From positions 1 through 64,000 of IMG/VR virus record IMGVR_UViG_3300036859_000864: a stretch of 64,000 nt of DNA, one strand, 5' to 3'. A program made the translations under genes and the position numbers. Positions 18,402 to 26,711 of this stretch are shown in pieces; the stretch's first letter is position 1, and each line of letters begins with the position of its first letter. The notes below the pieces were generated by a model, which worked only from the letters and a program-made list of their open reading frames with translations, was not told the DNA's origin and made no database searches. The stretch comes from a virus.

Positions 18402-19919
18402 ATGGCCGATCAAATCGTTCTCGCGTGGACCGTCGACGTCACGAACTCCTCTTTCGGCCCAGCGGCAGCGGCGGCGGCCCTCTTGGCCGTACCTCTCTAC
18501 TCGAACGCGACGACCGATCCCGTCCTCGGACAAATGTTCGGTCTCACCGTCGCCAGCGACGTCTCTAGCCTCCCCGGAGGAGCCATCGCGAAGCGTACCC
18601 TGACCCTCAACATGAACGCGGTACATACCCCGACCGCCCCTCCGCCGTTCCCCTGCCACCCCCGCACTTCAACGCCGCCCGTACTCCCGTACCCGCTGCG
18701 CTCGACGAAGACGCTCCCCGGATCATTCTTCGTTTCGACGGGATCGTTGAACGTCGCAACGACGGAGACGCAAGTACCGTCGCTCGCCATCGGCGACAGC
18801 ATTCAGTTTCTCTCGCAAGTCGGCGTCTTCTACGTGGTCGCGTCTGTGAGCGCCACGGTGGTTGGGCTTACCGGCGCGTTCACAGGCAGAAGCACCAACA
18901 CCGGAGCGTTCAAAGAGATCGCAGACCCCGTATCGATCGCAGCGGTCTACTCGACCTCCGATCTCGACACGAACGGCGTCGCAACCGTACCTGCTATCCC
19001 AGCGAGCGCCGGCGCGCGAACGCTGGCCATCACGTACACGGACTCGACCGGCGCGACCGGACGTGCCGCGACGGCCACGCTCACCGGCAGGCGCCCGGCC
19101 GCTATCGCGTTCACGAACGGAAACGGCATCATCAGTGCGATCGAAAACATCGTCATCGCGAGCTCCGGCGGGTTCGGCAACAACGTCGGAGAGATCACGC
19201 TCGTGTCGCTCTCGAGCGCACTCCCAGCGCTCCCCACAGGGCTTCCTCTCGGAACGGGCATCGGCGCGGCCGAGACGACGGTAGGCAAAGTCGGGGCGCC
19301 GATCCCGCGTACGTTCAAGACCATGACGGACGAGGCGCAGCTTCTCATCGATCGCCATCTCGCGTACCTGCCACCTAGCTACTTCACGCTCGCACAGCAG
19401 GGAGCGAGCGCGCCGCAACTCGCAGGCGATTTTTCCCTGACGACCGGTTCGAAGAACGTGCCTACGTCAGAAGATCAGACGGGCGTTCTCGCTGCCGGCA
19501 ACACCGTACAGTTCGCCGCGCAGTTCGGTACCGTCTACACCGTCTCGAACGTGACCCCGAAGATCTTGACGCTCACGGAGGTGTACTCGGGGATCGACGA
19601 CAACTTCACCGGGCCCAAGAACGTCGGCACCAACAGCAACGATGGCACTATGGGTAACGTGGGCACCTCGGTCATCTCGAAGCTGTCCGGTGCTTTCCGC
19701 GTTACTTCAGTGACGGGAGCTCCTCCAACCAACGCACAACTCAGCGGGCCTCTCGGTCAATTCCTGGAAACTCAAACCGCCGCGCCACCGCCGGTCCCGC
19801 ACACGGTCGATCCGGCGACGGTGCCCGTGCCCACATTCCTGAGCGGGTTCTTCACCCGCCAGCTCCAGCTCGCGATTGCCGGCGTGCCGGTCGTGCCGCA
19901 AGCGATCACGTTCGTCTGA
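18402..19919 (+). CDS. Putative structural protein with a duplicated ~60-aa beta module
   Basis: LPGSFFVSTGSLNV..GDSIQF..VFYVVASV versus LAGDFSLTTGSKNV..GNTVQF..TVYTVSNV. Confidence 0.6.
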   Translation: MADQIVLAWTVDVTNSSFGPAAAAAALLAVPLYSNATTDPVLGQMFGLTVASDVSSLPGGAIAKRTLTLNMNAVHTPTAPPPFPCHPRTSTPPVLPYPLRSTKTLPGSFFVSTGSLNVATTETQVPSLAIGDSIQFLSQVGVFYVVASVSATVVGLTGAFTGRSTNTGAFKEIADPVSIAAVYSTSDLDTNGVATVPAIPASAGARTLAITYTDSTGATGRAATATLTGRRPAAIAFTNGNGIISAIENIVIASSGGFGNNVGEITLVSLSSALPALPTGLPLGTGIGAAETTVGKVGAPIPRTFKTMTDEAQLLIDRHLAYLPPSYFTLAQQGASAPQLAGDFSLTTGSKNVPTSEDQTGVLAAGNTVQFAAQFGTVYTVSNVTPKILTLTEVYSGIDDNFTGPKNVGTNSNDGTMGNVGTSVISKLSGAFRVTSVTGAPPTNAQLSGPLGQFLETQTAAPPPVPHTVDPATVPVPTFLSGFFTRQLQLAIAGVPVVPQAITFV

Positions 19920-20062
19920 TGAAGTCCGAACGAGAGCTGATCGACGAGATCAACGATCTGCTACGGCAAGACGGGTGGCACTGGCTCCGACGCAGCCGTC
20001 TGGACCGGCGCATAGTGCAATGGCTCGGGATGGCAGCGTCGCGCAACGGCGTGTGCTCCTAA
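19919..20062 (+). CDS. Hypothetical 47-aa protein (MKSERELIDE...)
   Basis: TGATG overlap; below the ORF-track length cut-off. Confidence 0.4.
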   Translation: MKSERELIDEINDLLRQDGWHWLRRSRLDRRIVQWLGMAASRNGVCS

Positions 20063-20094
20063 AAAGAAACGGCCCGGGATCTCCGAGCCGTTTC
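20061..20094 (-). terminator. Rho-independent terminator downstream of the tmRNA
   Basis: GAAACGGCTCGG..CCGGGCCGTTTC hairpin followed by TTTTT on the minus strand. Confidence 0.75.
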
Positions 20095-20152
20095 AGGGGG
20101 CGAAGGGCTTTTGGCTCTTCTCTTGGGTCCACCATCCCGCGCGAGGCGGGAG

Positions 20153-20489
20153 TGGAGCCGCCCGGCTACGAGCCGGGGTCCGCGAGCTCTCTAGAGAAAC
20201 CATCGTCCACGTGCGTGGTCGCCGTATCCCCGGCGACTGAGTTCGTGCGTTCGGGCACGACCTAGTCTCTACTGTTTCTCGACCGCGCTATCGGAGACGT
20301 TCTCGAGCGGCCCAGCCCTAGTGTCACGCCCGGACGGTTACGAGGACTACCTCACCGGCGGACGATCGTGGCCCTCTCAGGCCGCGATGGCTGCGTTGTC
20401 GTTCGCAACTACGTTGCCCGTTTTTGGAGGCTCGGGCGGCCCCTGCACGCTGATCTTCTTTCCTTCCCACGTCGAATCAATTCGGCCCC
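20153..20489 (-). ncRNA. ssrA: tmRNA; tag ORF 20406-20377 encodes ANDNAAIAA
   Basis: 5' GGGGCCG pairs with CGGCTCC-A (G3-U70); GATTCGAC; pk1 GGGGC/GCCTC plus GCCCG/CGGGC; TAGTT before the resume codon; CGTGC/GCACG helix. Confidence 0.95.
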
Positions 20490-20579
20490 GTGATCGCCCC
20501 GCCGGCACGCTTTCGCGCTTTGGTAGGCCCGAAGCCGTGTGGCGCCAGTCGGGCCAAGCTGACGTCGCAAGGCGGTGTG

Positions 20580-20608
20580 AGATTACCTCTACGGCGCCTC
20601 CTACGCAA
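20580..20608 (-). promoter_or_regulatory. Sigma70-like promoter for the tmRNA
   Basis: TTGCGT-N17-TAATCT. Confidence 0.65.
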
Positions 20609-20992
20609 CCGCACGGCGCACCCGTTGCAAAATCGACGCGCGAACCTGTTTGATAGCCGTTTCCATGCGCCGAAGATCGAACTCGTCTTCGCACTCGTCT
20701 TCGAGCACGCCCAGATCGACGGTGTGATCGAACTCCGCGAGCACCCGTTCCCAGATCGCTCGGCGGGCGTCGGCAACCTTTCCGAATTTCATCGTTCAGC
20801 AACCATCGTCGATGTCGATGTCGCGCGTCGATTCTTGAGGCTGAACGAGAGCAATGAGTGCCTTCTCGACCCGTTCTCTGGCCTGCTCTCGCGTGACCGC
20901 TTGGACCGGAACGGTCAACCAACTGTCGGTCGACGCCGGCATAGGACTCGATCGACCGCCCATGACGAGACACGGAATCTGTACATAGTAGG

Positions 20993-21562
20993 TCATCGAA
21001 GGTGCATACCTCGAAGGAGCCACGCCAGCTCCTCACGCGCGAGCTTGCGGGTCCCTTCACGCTCCGTCGGCGGTTCGCGCTCGATAACGCACGCGAGATT
21101 CGGCGCGAAGACGGAAAGCATCGTGAGCTCGTCTTCAGTGAGCTCGGGCGATCTATTCTCCGATTCGAAGAACGGATCGTTCGCCGGCAAAGTTCGCTCT
21201 TCGTACGGGAGACCGTCGTGTAGGTACTGCCCCTTCGCGCCGAGCATCCCGGGGCTCATACCGAGATCGACGTAGAACACATGGCGCACTAGGTTGTACT
21301 TGAGAATTCCAATAGAGTGGTCCGTATCGTCGTCGAACACCGGCTGCTGCACGTAACGCCACGCGAGCCCCGCGCGAATACCAAGCGCGCGCTCTTCGGG
21401 GATTCGATCGTCGAGAGCGTCGGTGAGCATCCGATGCGAGGCGTACGGACTCTCACCGCGGTTGATGCAATCCCGAATGCAGCTCCGGAGGTAGCGCTTG
21501 TTGCGCTCGAGGTCTTTCCAGTTGTCGCCCTTGTAGGGGCTTTCAATGATGACGAGTTTCAA
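20993..21562 (-). CDS. Conserved phage protein (nucleoside deoxyribosyltransferase-like fold)
   Basis: VIIESPYKG..N..YLR.CIRDC..RGESPYASH. Confidence 0.55.
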   Translation of the reverse strand: MKLVIIESPYKGDNWKDLERNKRYLRSCIRDCINRGESPYASHRMLTDALDDRIPEERALGIRAGLAWRYVQQPVFDDDTDHSIGILKYNLVRHVFYVDLGMSPGMLGAKGQYLHDGLPYEERTLPANDPFFESENRSPELTEDELTMLSVFAPNLACVIEREPPTEREGTRKLAREELAWLLRGMHLR

Positions 21563-21885
21563 TTGCGCGCTCCTCGTGTGATTTTCGAGATCTGTTCGAA
21601 CCGGACCTTCGGATTTTCGACGTCGTAGTTGCGCAAAAACGGTCTGAGTTGCGGTATTTGAAGAGCCCACTCCTCAGCGCTCATGGTAAGCACCGATCTG
21701 ATCGTCTCCGAGTTCGGCAAAAAAGCCGAAGACTTCCCTAACATGAGCCCATCTCGAGTCATGGTCGCTATCGCTGCGGCGACTCGGATCCGTTGCTCAG
21801 GCGTTGGCGCCGGATCTGGTAGAAGATCACCCGGCTCCAGCTTCGCGTACTCGTCCGTAGACCACGGCAATGATTTGATCGCCAT
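21559..21885 (-). CDS. Hypothetical protein
   Basis: Overlap-coupled ORF MAIKSLPW... Confidence 0.5.
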   Translation of the reverse strand: MAIKSLPWSTDEYAKLEPGDLLPDPAPTPEQRIRVAAAIATMTRDGLMLGKSSAFLPNSETIRSVLTMSAEEWALQIPQLRPFLRNYDVENPKVRFEQISKITRGARN

Positions 21886-22457
21886 CAGTTCGCTCCTCCG
21901 TGACACTTCTTGAACTTCTTGCCGCTGCCGCACGGGCAGAGCTTGTTCCGACCGACCTTCTCGAGCGGCATTGCAAGACCGCCCGACACCGCGAGCTTTC
22001 GCTCCGCAGCTTGCATCGTGACGAGAGCCCGGCGGGTTCCGTCGAAGACAGCCTGGTCCACATCGGACCCGTCGCTGTGCCACAGCCAAACCAGCGAGCT
22101 GTTCGGGTGCGCGCTCTCGATCGGAAGAATCGGATCCTCAGGACCCGACTCGGCAGGGCACCCCGTCGCTTCATGCACGGCGGCCACGACCGTGCCCAGC
22201 GCCCGCCACTCCTCTTCCGCCGACTTGCTCCCAATGAGCTTAGCTGACATCTGGTAGTGCCAGATCATCGCCTCCGGACAATCGGGGCGAGCGGCAGCGC
22301 CTACCGGATGCGCGTGCGCGTTGAGTCCGAACGACCAACCGAGGTGTTGCGCAAACTCGACCTGCGGCCGGCGGATCGGCATGCACGTAGGCGACTCGTC
22401 CTTGTGCTTTTGAACTGCGGCGACGAGGGCGCTGGCGAACTCTTCGGTCGTTGTCAT
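21885..22457 (-). CDS. SEC-C motif protein
   Basis: C-terminal KVGRNKLCPCGSGKKFKKCHG. Confidence 0.85.
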   Translation of the reverse strand: MTTTEEFASALVAAVQKHKDESPTCMPIRRPQVEFAQHLGWSFGLNAHAHPVGAAARPDCPEAMIWHYQMSAKLIGSKSAEEEWRALGTVVAAVHEATGCPAESGPEDPILPIESAHPNSSLVWLWHSDGSDVDQAVFDGTRRALVTMQAAERKLAVSGGLAMPLEKVGRNKLCPCGSGKKFKKCHGGAN

Positions 22458-23296
22458 GGTGGTGTTCCTTCTTCCTTCCCGTTCGGATCTACTGGGATCG
22501 GCACCCCGACCGCTTTCGGCGCGCCATCAGACTCTTCGACGCGCATGCCGAAAAGAGAGGTTGGGCAATCGCGTCCGGTGTTCAATCTCTTGAACTCGTC
22601 GTACATCTCAGCACGACCGGGGTGCTTCGAGTCCTCGTTATCGATCCGAGACGCTATTCGATTCAGCGCGTCGTCCCACCCCGGGCGTTCATTCGACAGG
22701 TGCGCCAACGCCAGCAAAATCATCTGACGCTCGCCCTCATCGATCCGAAGTAGGTGCCCCAAGTTTGCCTGCGCGTATCGACGCAAGAAAGCGTACAGCG
22801 CGTGATTCCAACGCGCATCGACGAGCGCGTTGTGCTCACCTTCCGGATCCGGCGGGTGCATAGGGCTTCCGAGCATTTTCGAGAACTGCTTCAAGTCGAA
22901 ACAGAACTTCGGGAAATGCTTCGGCAACTTCCGCATCGTGCCGTACATTTGGCAGATCACGATCCAATCGTAGTCGCTGTAGTAGCCCCACACTTCCGAG
23001 ACGGAGCGTCCAACAGGCTCGCCTTCACAAGCCGCCATGAAAGCAGAAAAATCCTTCGCTATCTTCTCGCGTGTTTTCCACGCCGGGTCGCCGTACGGAG
23101 GAAGTTTCGGGAGCACGTGCTCTCGAACCCAATCGGAGACGCGATCCAACTTCGCGTCTTGGTTCACGGCGTAGAACTCACGGCCGTCCGAGCGCACGGC
23201 CCCAAGTGAGATCATGTCGATGGTCGTGCCGTCTTCGTAGAACTCGGTGTCCACGAAGCAACGCACGACGTCGGGGTGTTGAATGACTTGGATCAT
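22454..23296 (-). CDS. DEDD 3'-5' exonuclease (DUF5051/Rv2179c-like) with C-terminal extension
   Basis: FVDTEF..IDMISLG, YYSDYDW, HNALVDARW. Confidence 0.85.
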   Translation of the reverse strand: MIQVIQHPDVVRCFVDTEFYEDGTTIDMISLGAVRSDGREFYAVNQDAKLDRVSDWVREHVLPKLPPYGDPAWKTREKIAKDFSAFMAACEGEPVGRSVSEVWGYYSDYDWIVICQMYGTMRKLPKHFPKFCFDLKQFSKMLGSPMHPPDPEGEHNALVDARWNHALYAFLRRYAQANLGHLLRIDEGERQMILLALAHLSNERPGWDDALNRIASRIDNEDSKHPGRAEMYDEFKRLNTGRDCPTSLFGMRVEESDGAPKAVGVPIPVDPNGKEEGTPP

Positions 23297-23462
23297 TTTT
23301 TCTTCGTCTTCTCGGCAAGCAGCCGTTTCGCTTCGTCGTACCCGTGCTCTCGAAAGAGGTTCAGGCAAGTTTGGTAGCTCGGCGGCTGCGTGCCGTTGGC
23401 GTGCGCCACGATCTCGAACTCCGCCTGGAGAGATCGAATCTTCGCTTTCGCTTTAGCGGCCA

Positions 23463-24386
23463 TCACGCCCCCTTGTAGACAGCCTCACCGGGAATCAGCT
23501 TCCTGTACTGAATCCACCCCTCAACGTTGCCGAGGAAGTGGCGGTACCGCCCCGTCGACACGAACTCCGACGTACCCTTGTCCCACACGAACTCAGGGTG
23601 CCCGAAGAGCGCGAGCTCACGTTGACTCATCGGGCGGAGCGCATGCTCTAGCGGCGACATGTGTCCGTTCGCAACGAGGCCGTCGCAGCGGGCGGCGGCT
23701 TTCTCCATGTCCGATTTCGACGATTGTCGTCCGTAGCTGACGGCAGCGCAACGGCCAACCGAAACCTTCACCGGATCGATACCGTTGACACGCATGTCGA
23801 GCTCGGCCGCAAACGGCATGTCGTCACCGACACCGCGCACGTACGGCAGGTGCCAATCCCCGTAGTTGACAACCAACGGAGCGCTAGCGAGACGCACCTC
23901 GCGCGCCATGCCGGCTATTTTGTACATCTCCGGCTGGGCCATCTTGCTGACGCGCAGCGCATCCCAGTTATCCCACTCGGTCGCGGTGACGACCGCGGTG
24001 TGCCACGCGAACGGCTCCAGAAGACGGTTCGCGTGTTGCTTGTGTGTGTTGAGGCTCGAGAGATTCGCCGCACGACGTATACTTTCGCCAGCCGCCTCCT
24101 GCCACTCGAACCTCGCCGCTCGATCTTCATCGCCGTCGAGAGCTTCGTCGGCTTGCATGCCGCTTCGATTCTTACCGAACGCTTCGGGCACGAACGGATC
24201 TCTCGAGATCTGATCGATACGCCGCTCGACAGGGATCGCACGGCTCGATGCGCTGTTTCGTGAGAGCACCCGGTGCGTGTTCGCCTCCGCGAGAATGAAC
24301 CTCGGGAACGTCCACTCCATAGTGGTAACGCGGAACCCATCAGGCGAAATCGAATCTGCGAGAACTATTGCGTTGTACATGTCCAT
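23463..24386 (-). CDS. thyX: Flavin-dependent thymidylate synthase
   Basis: FILAEANTHRVLSRNSASSRAIP; HKQHANRLLEPF; HMSPLEH. Confidence 0.9.
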   Translation of the reverse strand: MDMYNAIVLADSISPDGFRVTTMEWTFPRFILAEANTHRVLSRNSASSRAIPVERRIDQISRDPFVPEAFGKNRSGMQADEALDGDEDRAARFEWQEAAGESIRRAANLSSLNTHKQHANRLLEPFAWHTAVVTATEWDNWDALRVSKMAQPEMYKIAGMAREVRLASAPLVVNYGDWHLPYVRGVGDDMPFAAELDMRVNGIDPVKVSVGRCAAVSYGRQSSKSDMEKAAARCDGLVANGHMSPLEHALRPMSQRELALFGHPEFVWDKGTSEFVSTGRYRHFLGNVEGWIQYRKLIPGEAVYKGA

Positions 24387-24389
24387 CTC

Positions 24390-25452
24390 CTATCGATTGA
24401 ATTCACAGTCACAGAAACACCAGTTGCTACAGTTTTCGTGGTCGCCCTTGCGGCACGCGCCGCATTGCTGCTTCGGGCGCGCCGGAGGGAGATGCGGATC
24501 GTTCGCAGAGAGCACCTCTGAGCACCGGTTGCGGCAACCGAACTGCGGCTTGCCGTCGAGCACCAACGAGTTGTGGTACCGATAGGGCGCATCGGGCAAA
24601 CAGCCATCCGAGAGCTTAGGCGGCGGAGGTCGCATCCAAGAACGCCACCGGACGGCATGCCCGACGCAGCACTCGACGACGCTGTCGCACGAGGAGAACA
24701 AGAACCAGCGCTTCATCGTCCGCTAGCTCGATCGTGTAGAACCGCGCTGACGACGAGCGACGTGGCGATCCCGAACACCAGCCCGGCGAGAGCCCACAAG
24801 TTTCCGCCGAGCGCGCCGAAGAGCAACACCCACCCGAGAAGCCCAGACAGGACGGCGCAGAACGCCGTGAACAAGATCGCGAAGGTCTTCATAGCTTGTC
24901 GACCTTCCGAGTTTCCAGGCGCGCCTCTTCGACACGACGATCCAGCTCTTCTTCTCGACGTTGAGCTTCCGTACGTACGTTCTCGAGAGGGCCGACACGC
25001 TGACGCCAGACAGGCTTCGGTGTCTGCGCCTCCGCCATCTCTTCCTCGTCGCCCCACGCCCGACGCGCGGCTACCGCCACGGGACTCGACTCATCTTTAG
25101 CCAACCGGCGTTCGTACTCGCTACTCACCTCGACCCATTCCGTCGACGAGAGCGGGGTGCCTTCCGGGTAATGGAGCCACCCGTTCGTAGTGCCGTTGCG
25201 CAGAGGCGAATTGAAGTTCAGGCACTTCCGATAGCGCCTTTCGTTGAGAACGATCTCGTCCCACCCATCGAGGTGGAGCACCGACAGCACAGCCGGATCG
25301 ACCTTCTCCTCTTTCTCCGGAGGTGCCTCCTGATCGTCTTCGACGGTTTCACCCACCGCCCCCTCCGCCGCAAACTTGAGGGCCCAGCGCGTCACCAGCG
25401 TCCCGCAGACGATCAGGACGACCAGAACAGCAGCGACGACCGCGACCGTCAT
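24390..25452 (-). CDS. Three hypothetical genes (24390-24716 Cys-rich; 24713-24892 two-TM; 24889-25452 TM-anchored)
   Basis: ATGA-chained ORFs. Confidence 0.55.
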
Positions 25453-25874
25453 CGGATCCTCACGAGCCACGCGCCGCAGTCGATAGTGACGTTCTCCATG
25501 TCCGCCGTACCGTCGTCGCCGGCGAACGCGACGGTGCCGTCGGGCTCGAAGCTCGCGAACATGCGACGGTTGCGGTTCTTTCCGGCTTCACCCTTCTCGG
25601 TCTCCCAGAGCGCCCGGAACTTGGAGCAAGAGACGCCGCGGGACTCGGCCCATTCACGGGCGAGGAGATCGGCGCCGGGAGCTTCCCCTTCGGCTATCTC
25701 GCTCGGTTGAAGGAGATCGAGAACTTCGAAGAGACGGGCGCGCTCGGCGGCCACTCTCACCCCGTCCTTTTCCTGGTTGGCCCCCTTGTCCGGGCGCCCG
25801 TACCAGCGTCCACCGCAAACGATGATGCGTTTGCCCTTAGGCGCCTGCTCGAGTTTCAAGAAGCCGCGCATCAT
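25449..25874 (-). CDS. SLOG family protein (DUF2493/YspA-like)
   Basis: IIVCGGR, EGEAPGADLLAREWA, AGKNRN, GTADM. Confidence 0.85.
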   Translation of the reverse strand: MMRGFLKLEQAPKGKRIIVCGGRWYGRPDKGANQEKDGVRVAAERARLFEVLDLLQPSEIAEGEAPGADLLAREWAESRGVSCSKFRALWETEKGEAGKNRNRRMFASFEPDGTVAFAGDDGTADMENVTIDCGAWLVRIR

Positions 25875-26131
25875 AGACCTCGCACTCGAACGAAACGAGT
25901 CGCAACGCGCACAGCTTTGAATTTCACTTTTTTCGATCCGCCTTCCTCACTCAGCGTAAGCGTAACGGAGCTCTTTCGATCTGTCGGCAAGAACAGCCAA
26001 AAAAACAGCGTTGCGAGATCCCACCACCTCATTGGTACGACGAGCCACACCGAATCGTCTCCGCCGATGAGCGCCAGATCTTTCGTTCCGCTAAATTCGA
26101 GTTCGACTGCCTTTAGCGTAGCCATAAACAC

Positions 26132-26569
26132 TCACTGATCCAAGGCGAACACGTCTTCGTGCGCGTTGAGACGCGCGTCGAGTTCTTCCGGCGTCTCGGG
26201 GGTGAGGTGCAGCTTCTTCACGAAGCCGAGATAGAGCATGTTCCAGCAATCGCGTCGCTGCTGATCGGGATGCTTGAACGCGATGACCTGCACGGCGTGC
26301 AACCAGTGCATCGCGTAGTGCAAATTCAATTCGTCGATCGAAGCGAACAGGGGCCTCAAGAGATCCGAGAATTCCCCGCGGTCGAGGAACGAGATGAAGG
26401 ACGCCGGCGCGTCTGCGAAACTGACGAGCGTGTCGGCGCGGAACGCTCGCACGAAGCGTTTCACGATGTGGTCCTTCGGTATCGAGTCTGGCCCCCGTAC
26501 GGCAGACATGAGCACGCCCTGGTGGCGCAGCCCCAACTCCATGACCCACGGTTGCAGAACTGATCTCAT
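26132..26569 (-). CDS. Conserved phage hypothetical protein
   Basis: SVLQPWV..L..RHQGVL..AVRGPD; SD sequence GGAGG. Confidence 0.65.
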   Translation of the reverse strand: MRSVLQPWVMELGLRHQGVLMSAVRGPDSIPKDHIVKRFVRAFRADTLVSFADAPASFISFLDRGEFSDLLRPLFASIDELNLHYAMHWLHAVQVIAFKHPDQQRRDCWNMLYLGFVKKLHLTPETPEELDARLNAHEDVFALDQ

Positions 26570-26711
26570 TGTGTCCTCCAATTCACTTCGAAGCCGATCG
26601 AATGCTTGCCGGCCACATGCCACCAAGCGACACGAAAACAAGCGACCTGAATCTTGTTCCACGAGACGCGGCGAAAGCCGAATCGATTCAACGTGAGCTC
26701 CAGATCGACGG

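Noticed and set aside
20095-20152. Possible theta/HDV ribozyme 3' of the tmRNA (CCTCGC loop)
   Set aside because: No G1-initiated P1 or nested P1/P2 pairing could be built; it is a simple hairpin.
20153-20200. tmRNA 3' end as attP/attL
   Set aside because: The gene is complete, is flanked by viral genes, and no duplicate 3' fragment was seen.
20377-21060. 227-aa ORF ending ANDNAAIAA
   Set aside because: Shadow frame; only its last 10 codons are the tmRNA tag.
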